From Candidatus Nanoarchaeia archaeon (GTDB lineage: Archaea; Nanobdellota; Nanobdellia; Woesearchaeales; UBA10216), in assembly GCA_028279045.1 (NCBI GenBank), contig JANQSZ010000027.1, positions 1 through 60,457 on the forward strand: 60,457 bases of DNA. Direction: 5' to 3'. Positions 8,609 to 16,267 of the stretch are shown here, in pieces. How positions within the stretch are numbered: the stretch's first letter is position 1; each line of letters starts with the position of its first letter. Made by a program: the position numbers and the translations under genes. A model generated the notes under the pieces. That model did no database searches. It saw only the letters and a list, made by a program, of their open reading frames with translations, and was not told the DNA's origin.

Positions 8609-9675
8609 CGAGTTACCTTGTAGCTAGAAATAGTTTCCAAGAGTTTTTTCGGCTTTCCAGAGCTAAAATGCTTCCGTACAGGCTCAAGTTGCTCATTCAG
8701 TGCAGTTCCAACACCTTTTTTCAAATCTGCAGGGTGTATATCGCCGTTAACATATGCTTTTTCCAACTCTGCATAGTTTTCAAACGCTACATCTCCTCCA
8801 AATTTATCAGGCCGTTCGATTGTGAATTTCTTTGTCCGTTCAAACACAATATGCTTTGCATATTCCAGTACAGGGTTTCCTTCAACCTGTTTCTCCGGAC
8901 AATACGCTTTGTTCATCTTCCGAAGTACAGCATCACTATCATCAGTCATGAATATCGCTGTTTCTGGTTTCGATTTGGACATCTTCAACTCTAGTACCTT
9001 GTCTTCTATTGCAATTTCTGCAGGTGGCTTAGCCAATCCTAACAACATATGATGACTCACCACAATTGGTTTCCAATAGCCAAGTTTTGGCCCGACTTCC
9101 CGTGCCAATACGTTAACTTTACGTTGATCCATTCCCAGTTGTGCAATATCTGCTTCTAACCAGAAAATATCTGCAGCTTGCATGCACGGATACAGTATTT
9201 GTGATGCCTGTTGCACATCACTTTCCTTTCTACCCATGATTTGCCCAGTCCGCACAATTCTCTTTACCGTAGTATTTCTGGATATCTCAACAACTTTCTT
9301 CCAGTATTCAGGATCGTTAACCATATCGCTTGCTCGGACAAACTCAACGTTTTTCATGTCCATCCCGCATGCTTTCCACACTTCAATCATGTAATCCCCG
9401 CAGGTCTGAATCTTTTCCAGATCTCCACCGAGTTTATTATTAGCCCATGCATGCCAATCTGCTGCAAATAACTTGAACAACACACCAGCCTGCGTCATCT
9501 TATTCACATTAATCGCACGTAGTAATCCTTGCGCAATGTGTATTTTCCCAGAAGGTTCAAACCCATCATAAGCGATAGGTCTCTTTTTTGTTTCCAGTAG
9601 TTCTCTCAGCTCTTGTTCTGTGAGGACTTCCTCCCCTACTTCTTTGATCAGTTCGATTCGTTTATCAATATCCAT
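8605..9675 (-). CDS. tyrS: Tyrosyl-tRNA synthetase (archaeal/eukaryotic type)
   Basis: 356 aa. It appears collinear with my recollection of M. jannaschii TyrRS: AYDGFEPSGKIHIAQG (HIGH region), GMDQRKVNVLARE, KMSKSKP, KAYCP...VEGNPVLEYAK. Confidence 0.85.
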   Translation of the reverse strand: MDIDKRIELIKEVGEEVLTEQELRELLETKKRPIAYDGFEPSGKIHIAQGLLRAINVNKMTQAGVLFKLFAADWHAWANNKLGGDLEKIQTCGDYMIEVWKACGMDMKNVEFVRASDMVNDPEYWKKVVEISRNTTVKRIVRTGQIMGRKESDVQQASQILYPCMQAADIFWLEADIAQLGMDQRKVNVLAREVGPKLGYWKPIVVSHHMLLGLAKPPAEIAIEDKVLELKMSKSKPETAIFMTDDSDAVLRKMNKAYCPEKQVEGNPVLEYAKHIVFERTKKFTIERPDKFGGDVAFENYAELEKAYVNGDIHPADLKKGVGTALNEQLEPVRKHFSSGKPKKLLETISSYKVTR

Positions 9676-9768
9676 TCTTCAAACTATCCTCAGGAGATTT
9701 AAAAAGGTTGTTGCTCTTCCGCCAGAAAACCAGGAAATTATTTAAACACGCGAAAAGCTCAGTATGTC

Positions 9769-10578
9769 ATGCTTATCTCTGCAACTGATTTATCATCGTA
9801 TTTGTATTGCCCTCGCAAGCTCTACTTAGCGAAAGTGCTCAAGATCCGCGAGCCTGTAAAGGATGTCATGATTCGCGGTACAGTCATGCACGAAACATTT
9901 GATGGCATCGCATTGCAAGAACAAGCATTAATCGAAGCAATTTCACCATCAACAACCCAGCAAGATTTGTTTGAATCCTACAAAACAACGTATTCGAAAA
10001 TCTTACGAGATGCAATCCTCAAAAACAAAAAAACATTGATGGATGTCAACTTAATTCCTGGCGAATTATTTGTTGATCTCTGGCCGTACGTGCACGGCGA
10101 AGCAGAAACCCGCGTCCAAGACGTTTTCTCGTTTGCAAAAACAAAATCAATCTTCGGACAAGAATTGTGGCAAAAATTAGAACCAAAAGTTCTTTCAGAA
10201 CTCCGCATCGAATCTGAAAACTTGCAATTGAAAGGTATTGTCGATCAGATCCATGTCTTCGAAGACAAACATGTTCCTATCGAACTCAAAACAGGCCGTA
10301 CTCCAATGGAAGGCGTCTGGCCATCCCACAGAATTCAAGTTGGTGTTTACGCTTTGCTTGTCGGCGAAAAGTTCGACACACCAGTGCCGCATGGCATCGT
10401 CCGCTATTTAGAAACCAAACAAGACCGTCCTGTTGCCATGAATCCATTCCTCGAGATGGAAATCAAAGAACTTGTCCAGCAAGTCCAGAACCTTCTAGAG
10501 TCATCAGAGATCCCTGACTGCCAGGAAAAGAACAAAGCATGCATGAAACTCTTCCCTCCAGAAACACTACCGACATAG
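9769..10578 (+). CDS. Cas4-like / RecB-family PD-(D/E)xK exonuclease, stand-alone
   Basis: 269 aa. N-terminal LSSYLYCPRKLYL, nuclease core GIVDQIHV...PIELKTGR, QVGVYALLV, and C-terminal Cys pair DCQEKNKAC. No CRISPR array or other cas genes occur in the window. Confidence 0.75.
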   Translation: MLISATDLSSYLYCPRKLYLAKVLKIREPVKDVMIRGTVMHETFDGIALQEQALIEAISPSTTQQDLFESYKTTYSKILRDAILKNKKTLMDVNLIPGELFVDLWPYVHGEAETRVQDVFSFAKTKSIFGQELWQKLEPKVLSELRIESENLQLKGIVDQIHVFEDKHVPIELKTGRTPMEGVWPSHRIQVGVYALLVGEKFDTPVPHGIVRYLETKQDRPVAMNPFLEMEIKELVQQVQNLLESSEIPDCQEKNKACMKLFPPETLPT

Positions 10579-10618
10579 GGTGAATAAAGTATAAGTACTT
10601 CTGAACTTCAACAGTTTC

Positions 10619-10939
10619 ATGGAAGTAAATGATGTTTTGGCAATCGAGCACTTGGCAACACAGGGTAAAGTAACATATTCTGCGGCGTTGTATAATGATT
10701 CATTGCATACTCCTTTTTATGATCACAATGATGATGTTCGAGGTATACTGCACCATGAGGAGTTTGACAATTTGCTTGAATTGTTATCTGGAACAACTTT
10801 TGTAGGGAGACTTTCTTCGAGGGTACTTCCGAATCTTTCAGGAAATAGGTTCCATCGCCCTCTCAACAGGGAGGAGTGGGGCGAAATATTAAGCACTTAC
10901 CCATATCATGATACCTTACCTAGGTCCAGACATGAGTAG
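10619..10939 (+). CDS. Hypothetical protein (ORFan)
   Basis: 106-aa ORF in an otherwise empty 437-nt gap. An AT-rich TATA-like tract (aataaagtataagtac) lies about 25 nt upstream. I recognise no motif. Confidence 0.35.
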   Translation: MEVNDVLAIEHLATQGKVTYSAALYNDSLHTPFYDHNDDVRGILHHEEFDNLLELLSGTTFVGRLSSRVLPNLSGNRFHRPLNREEWGEILSTYPYHDTLPRSRHE

Positions 10940-11015
10940 CCATCATTCACACAACATTTATATACTAGGATGGTACATCATTCACTAATAATTGAGGATT
11001 ATATCGTGGTGAATC

Positions 11016-11279
11016 ATGCCAGAAGACGACAAGAAATTTTCTAAACAACTCATCGGCAAAACAGTAGTAACAAAGACTGGTAAGCGCTTCGGCGATGTCG
11101 GTGACATTATCTTCGAAACCAATTCTGGCGAACTTATTCACCTCGTATTAGGCAGCCCTACTCCATATATTGAGAAGCTCGAGCTCGAAAAGGACAAGGA
11201 TGGCCGCATTTTGATCCCCTTCTCTGCTGTTATAGCAATGGGTGACTTCCTCGTCGTTTCTGAAGAAGACATTGTATAG
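11016..11279 (+). CDS. PRC-barrel domain protein
   Basis: 87 aa. LIGKTVVTKTGKRFGDVGDIIFETNSGELIHLVL is a typical PRC-barrel core. GGTGA SD upstream. Confidence 0.75.
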   Translation: MPEDDKKFSKQLIGKTVVTKTGKRFGDVGDIIFETNSGELIHLVLGSPTPYIEKLELEKDKDGRILIPFSAVIAMGDFLVVSEEDIV

Positions 11280-11314
11280 GAATCTTTATATCTCAATCTT
11301 GAATCGCAAACAGT

Positions 11315-12271
11315 ATGAGCTCTACTCTATGGACTGAAAAGCACAGGCCAACTAATTTTGATGATATTCGCGGCCAAAAAGAGATTATTAGCCGTATTTC
11401 TGCTTTTGTAGAGAAGCAAAACATTCCTCATTTGATGTTTGCAGGACCGCCAGGTGTTGGCAAAACCTCAACTGCTTTAGTCATCGCAAAACAAATGTTC
11501 GGAGAAAACTGGCGCCAAAACGTTCTAGAGTTAAACGCTTCTGATGAGCGGGGTATTGACGTTGTGCGTACAAAAGTGAAAGACTTTGCCCGTACAAGAG
11601 CAATCGGTAACGTTCCCTTCCGTATATGTATTCTCGACGAGTGTGACTCATTAACCAAAGAAGCACAGCAAGCGTTACGAAGAACAATGGAAAACTACAC
11701 GCAAACGTGCCGTTTCATCCTACTCGCTAATTATTCTTCCAAAATTATCGATCCAATTCAAAGCCGGTGCGCAGTTTTCCGCTTCAAGCCGTTATCAAAA
11801 GAGGAAATCTTCAATATTGTTGACATGATTGCTCAGAAAGAGAACGTCAAGGTCTCTCCTGATGGCAAAGAAGCTCTCTATGAAGTAAGCGGTGGCGATT
11901 GCCGCAAGCTAGAGAACATCATGCAATCTGTAGCCGCGATCAACAATGAAGTCACAAATGAGTCTGTTTACTACGTAGCAAGTGCTGCCAAACCAAAAGA
12001 AATAAAAGAAATACTCACACAGTCATTACAGAACAATTTCGAAGGGGCTCGGGGAAAGCTGCTGGAGACCATGTTGAGCCAAGGCCTTTCAGGCTTGGAT
12101 GTCATCCGTCAAATGCAGCAAGAAGTCCTCTCGTTAGACATCGATTCCCGCAAAAAGCTCAAGATGATTGAGAAATGCGGTGATATCGAGTTCAGAATGG
12201 TTGAAGGTGCGGACGAGTTCATTCAACTCGAAGCGCTCCTTAGTCAATTTGCACTATTAGCAGATGCCTAA
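11315..12271 (+). CDS. rfcS: Replication factor C small subunit
   Basis: 318 aa. WTEKHRP, Walker A GPPGVGKT, DEAD-like ILDECD, SRC motif PIQSRCAVFRF. No intein. Confidence 0.95.
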   Translation: MSSTLWTEKHRPTNFDDIRGQKEIISRISAFVEKQNIPHLMFAGPPGVGKTSTALVIAKQMFGENWRQNVLELNASDERGIDVVRTKVKDFARTRAIGNVPFRICILDECDSLTKEAQQALRRTMENYTQTCRFILLANYSSKIIDPIQSRCAVFRFKPLSKEEIFNIVDMIAQKENVKVSPDGKEALYEVSGGDCRKLENIMQSVAAINNEVTNESVYYVASAAKPKEIKEILTQSLQNNFEGARGKLLETMLSQGLSGLDVIRQMQQEVLSLDIDSRKKLKMIEKCGDIEFRMVEGADEFIQLEALLSQFALLADA

Positions 12272-14345
12272 AAACGAGGTGACAAAAAAGAGAAGTGAAG
12301 ACGTTCTAGATACGTTCACCCCTCAAGAGCTTGATCGCCTACAACGCCGTTCTTTAATGAAAGACGATCAAATTGTCAAGCTTCAACGCGAGCTCGACAC
12401 CATCAATTCTTCTCATCGTCATATCGAACAAGAACTTCGCAGCCAGCTCACCGAAAAAAGCAATGAGGTTGCTCAACTTTCTCGTTTATTTACGCAAGCA
12501 GACAAACGTTCGCGCGAAGCTGAAAAGCAATTAGAGTCTCAACTCCGTCGAGAACGTCAACTAATGCGTACTCTACAATCGCAACCAAAGAAAAAGGAAA
12601 CATCTGCACATGAAAAAGTTCTCCAACAAACAGTTGATGAACTTCGGCAACACGTCAAAGATCGAACAGGCGAAATCGAACACCTGGAAACACTTGTAGC
12701 ACGAAAAGAACATATTCTTCTCGAGTTACAAAAGAACGCCGATACCCAAATCGCTCAAAAGGACGAGCAAATCAAAGTTCTCCAGCGTGAAGTTGAGAAA
12801 CGTGATAAGTTTGCTGATCAGCGAGAGGAACTTATTGCATTACGGCAGCAATTCGTCGCCAAGGAAGCGTCCACAAAGGAGCTCGTCAAGGATTTATCTT
12901 CTCTTAAGAAAATAAACGCACAGTACAACGCGCAAATTCAACAAAAACAAACAGAAATCGAAAAAATACGTTCTCAGTTGAAAGATTCCAAAACAAAAGG
13001 CGTTGTCAGCGAAACGCGATCGTTATCAGCAGAGTTTGACACGCTTTCCAAGCAACTCGAGCAGCGCGATCAAGAAATCGCACGATTAAACAAGCTCGGA
13101 TTAACCGATCAACAAGCATACGATGCAACGATACGTCAGATGGATGAGCAAATGAAATCTCGTCTCTCAGAAATAGACCGTCTTACTCAGCTTGTCAACA
13201 CCCGCGACAAAATGTTGCAAGATTTAACCCATAGTTTTGAAACGCAGCTCAATGAAAAGGACAAGCTCGTCGAGAAGATCAAGAGTCAGCTAACCAAGCG
13301 TGCAATTCCAACAGCTCATCAGGAGCAGGAAATTCATCGTCTTGAAGAAGAAATCGCACTCAAAGAAGCTTCAACCAAGTCATTATTGGAAGATTTCGCT
13401 TCCGTGAAGAAGCTTAACACCACACTCACAAAAGAACTCAAGGAATCTGTTGAGAAAATAGAAGCGCTTGAAGCGCAGTACGGCGAACTTCTTAACACAA
13501 CCCGCGTCTCCCGCGAGAAACACATTAAGGATGTTACCGAGAACTACGCACGACGCGAACTCCAGCACAGAAATGAGTTGGAAAAGATGCGCATCAAGAT
13601 CGCTACACAAGAATCTATTCTCAAAGAGAAGCAGCAAGCAATTGATGACATGCTGACTCAATTTTCTACTGTTACCAAGCAACTTCTCGGTATGAGAGGC
13701 AGCGAAGCTCCTGTATTCAAGCAGCCTGCCGTCTCTCAAGATGAAGAACGTTTAGCAAAAGAACTCAAAGAAGAAGCAGAAGAGCTTATGCTGCAAGCAA
13801 AGCAGCGCGAAGAAACAGTGCAGCGTCAAGAGCAACTTCTTCACAAGGAGCAAGAAACCCTCCAGGGAGAGATCGAAGTTCTCAAGCAAGCAGGTATGGA
13901 GCTACGAAGAACAAAAGACTATCTCAAAGATAAGCTTTCAGAAGTTCCTGATTCTATAGAAAAACGTGTAGAACCAAAGGAGCCAGAACCGGTCGAAGAG
14001 CCAGCTCCAGAATTACCAGAGCCTCCTGTGATGGAAGCACCAATTGCAACTCCTGCCATCGAGCCACCTTCTGAAGAGCCGAAGCAAGTTGAAGCTCTCC
14101 CATTACCGAAGGCAGAAGACATCATGTCTCCCCCTCCTCCCCCTAAGATCACTTCTCTTCCACAATCAGCTCACCCTGCTGACGAACCCTCTGTTTTCGG
14201 TCCGTATAGCGAAGAAAACGAAATACATCACATGGTGAATGTTGCATTACAGCACGGCGAAGAACCAAAGCATATCAAGCATTCTCTATTGCAATCTGGC
14301 TACGCAGAAAAAGTCATCGATAAAATTCTTAAGAAGATAAAGTAA
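12264..14345 (+). CDS. Large coiled-coil protein with a Pro/Glu-rich segment and a small C-terminal globular domain
   Basis: 693 aa. It is almost entirely heptad-like E/K/Q/L-rich sequence with an internal duplication, then EPKEPEPVEEPAPELPEPPV...SPPPPPK. No Walker motifs. The start overlaps rfcS by 8 nt. Confidence 0.8.
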   Translation: MPKNEVTKKRSEDVLDTFTPQELDRLQRRSLMKDDQIVKLQRELDTINSSHRHIEQELRSQLTEKSNEVAQLSRLFTQADKRSREAEKQLESQLRRERQLMRTLQSQPKKKETSAHEKVLQQTVDELRQHVKDRTGEIEHLETLVARKEHILLELQKNADTQIAQKDEQIKVLQREVEKRDKFADQREELIALRQQFVAKEASTKELVKDLSSLKKINAQYNAQIQQKQTEIEKIRSQLKDSKTKGVVSETRSLSAEFDTLSKQLEQRDQEIARLNKLGLTDQQAYDATIRQMDEQMKSRLSEIDRLTQLVNTRDKMLQDLTHSFETQLNEKDKLVEKIKSQLTKRAIPTAHQEQEIHRLEEEIALKEASTKSLLEDFASVKKLNTTLTKELKESVEKIEALEAQYGELLNTTRVSREKHIKDVTENYARRELQHRNELEKMRIKIATQESILKEKQQAIDDMLTQFSTVTKQLLGMRGSEAPVFKQPAVSQDEERLAKELKEEAEELMLQAKQREETVQRQEQLLHKEQETLQGEIEVLKQAGMELRRTKDYLKDKLSEVPDSIEKRVEPKEPEPVEEPAPELPEPPVMEAPIATPAIEPPSEEPKQVEALPLPKAEDIMSPPPPPKITSLPQSAHPADEPSVFGPYSEENEIHHMVNVALQHGEEPKHIKHSLLQSGYAEKVIDKILKKIK
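12669..12923 (+). repeat. Internal protein repeat, copy 1 (within the coiled-coil gene)
   Basis: GEIEHLETLVARKEHILLELQ...LIALRQQFVAKEASTKELVKDLSSLKKIN aligns with copy 2 at an offset of about 166 residues. Confidence 0.7.
13167..13424 (+). repeat. Internal protein repeat, copy 2 (within the coiled-coil gene)
   Basis: SEIDRLTQLVNTRDKMLQDLT...IHRLEEEIALKEASTKSLLEDFASVKKLN. It is diverged at nucleotide level, so this is an old duplication. Confidence 0.7.
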
Positions 14346-15299
14346 TTATTGTGATAAGTGTTTTACAATGAGTTCTGTTGACTTAATTTCCTCGTATTCA
14401 TAATCCATGATAACTCGAACAGTCTTTTCTGCGTCAACATCTTCTACCTCTTGCGTACACGTAAAGGTTGCATCTCCGTTTGTTAGGAGTACATATCCTT
14501 CATGATCATCTAGTCCGTCTCTATCAAACAATCCAAGGCATTTTATTGGGTTCGATCCTAGCCCTGTCTGTACAGAGACAAAAACTTTGTTCTCGTCAAC
14601 AAACGAACTTGAATCACAGGAAACACCACTTGTGCTGGTGTCTGATTTGAATATGTTCCCATTACCTCTCTGCGATACCGTAAACGTCAACAAGATCGTA
14701 TCTGTTCCCGCAACGCTTTGCTTGAAACTGGTAATTTGAACTGGAGCTCCGGAATTGTGAATTGTTTTTGTACCGCTTACTTCACATACCCCTTCATCCG
14801 TGTCGAGTAAGTTTTCTCTCATACAGTATTGTCCATTGGCAATAGTTTGATATTGGTAACAGACTTCTGCCCGAACAGGAAACTTAACATTTCCATCAAG
14901 ATTGCCCTTATAGTTCAATCCATCGATGTGAACTTGTGTTTGTGTTCCCGGAATTTCATTTCCTTCTGGATCTTTTCGTACTGGTTCTAAATCATCAACA
15001 GGCGGCTGTCTTTGCAACTCACCTAGCCCTTTGTCAAAATCCGCTGGGAAAAGTCCACTAATTGTGACGTGTGCTTGACTTCTCAGCACCTTGTGTTCTC
15101 CTTCATTTGTCAACTTAACAATGATATCAAACGGAAACTGCCCATTGTCTGCCACTTCTTTTGGCGGAGCATTTTCCAAGAACTCTATAATTAGCCCATT
15201 GGTACCGCCAATAAACGGCGTATCATTACCAGGAGCAGTCTCTGTAGTACATGCTGCTATGAAAACAACAAGTCCTAGGAGAAGGTACCCTCTTTTCAT
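14346..15299 (-). CDS. Secreted Cys-rich lipoprotein, paralogue A (envelope operon)
   Basis: 317 aa. Signal peptide plus lipobox-like MKRGYLLLGLVVFIAAC. It is collinear with the paralogue at 15335-16267 (IEFL, NEG, CYQY, GAPV, Y.Y...s..iv. C-terminus). A TTTAAATA-like element lies about 23 nt upstream. Confidence 0.75.
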   Translation of the reverse strand: MKRGYLLLGLVVFIAACTTETAPGNDTPFIGGTNGLIIEFLENAPPKEVADNGQFPFDIIVKLTNEGEHKVLRSQAHVTISGLFPADFDKGLGELQRQPPVDDLEPVRKDPEGNEIPGTQTQVHIDGLNYKGNLDGNVKFPVRAEVCYQYQTIANGQYCMRENLLDTDEGVCEVSGTKTIHNSGAPVQITSFKQSVAGTDTILLTFTVSQRGNGNIFKSDTSTSGVSCDSSSFVDENKVFVSVQTGLGSNPIKCLGLFDRDGLDDHEGYVLLTNGDATFTCTQEVEDVDAEKTVRVIMDYEYEEIKSTELIVKHLSQ

Positions 15300-15334
15300 G
15301 AGTGAAAATCCGTATTTTACGTATTTAAAGCTTT

Positions 15335-16267
15335 CTATTCGATAGTAACAATCTTTGACTCCGTCACTCTGTATCCATAATTCAAAATAACGCGTAAGTT
15401 CCTAGTAAATTCTGGGTCATTCACACTAAATCGCTGTCCTGATCTACACGTTACAAAATTCTCCTTATCAGTTCTACTAAAGCTCAGCGTTTCATCGCAA
15501 TCCAGAACATCATTTCCAAACATAGCACTTACCCGTACCTTGTTCAAGTATTCAGGCTCAATAGAGATATCATTACATCCAGTGCGGTAATGGTTTTCAT
15601 CAAGAATATCTCCATCTCCAACATTCTTCAGGAATATTCTGAAAGTAGGTCGTACATGCGTGATTCCAGTACTTCCTTCTGCTTCCAATAATGGCGAAAC
15701 TTTTGTAACAGCTACTGGCGCTCCCTGACTCTTCAACCGTATGTCTTTTGTCTCACATGTCGATTCAATGTCTGTAATCGCAAATTCGTTTGTGTTAACA
15801 CAAATAGGGGTTCCTGCTCGTGTTTCATATTGATAGCACGCAGAAACCTCAACTATGGTGTTCCATCGGTTGCTTGGCGGCAGTTCAACACGATGCATTA
15901 AAGCGTCGAAATCAAGAAGTTCTCTCCCTCCCACCTTTGCGTTAGGGATTCGTTCTCTTCCAAACAAGGTAAATACTCTTTCAGTGCCTCTTGGATCGTT
16001 CGGTTCAATGACTTCTTTTACTGTTGTAAGCGTAAGAAACACATCTTTTGCTTCAACAGCACCTTCGTTTATTACTTCAACACCAATTTTCATTGGGCGA
16101 GGTTGATTTATCGGATTGACGTACGTATCTGGAAAGAGTTTATCAAGAAATTCTATAGTAACACCATCATTTCCAGAGTATGCATGTGCAGTACTCGGCA
16201 GACTACCGTCTCCACTAGTACACGCTGCCAAAAACACCAACAGCCCAACAATCAACCAGAGTTTCAT
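15335..16267 (-). CDS. Secreted Cys-rich lipoprotein, paralogue B (envelope operon)
   Basis: 310 aa. MKLWLIVGLLVFLAAC lipobox-like signal. Its ATG overlaps the stop of the upstream gene (ATGA). Confidence 0.75.
   Translation of the reverse strand: MKLWLIVGLLVFLAACTSGDGSLPSTAHAYSGNDGVTIEFLDKLFPDTYVNPINQPRPMKIGVEVINEGAVEAKDVFLTLTTVKEVIEPNDPRGTERVFTLFGRERIPNAKVGGRELLDFDALMHRVELPPSNRWNTIVEVSACYQYETRAGTPICVNTNEFAITDIESTCETKDIRLKSQGAPVAVTKVSPLLEAEGSTGITHVRPTFRIFLKNVGDGDILDENHYRTGCNDISIEPEYLNKVRVSAMFGNDVLDCDETLSFSRTDKENFVTCRSGQRFSVNDPEFTRNLRVILNYGYRVTESKIVTIE

Noticed and set aside
12264-14345. Considered as RFC large subunit because it directly follows rfcS
   Set aside because: It has no Walker A/B, sensor or clamp-loader collar motifs, and the sequence is coiled coil throughout. 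It is reported as a finding instead.
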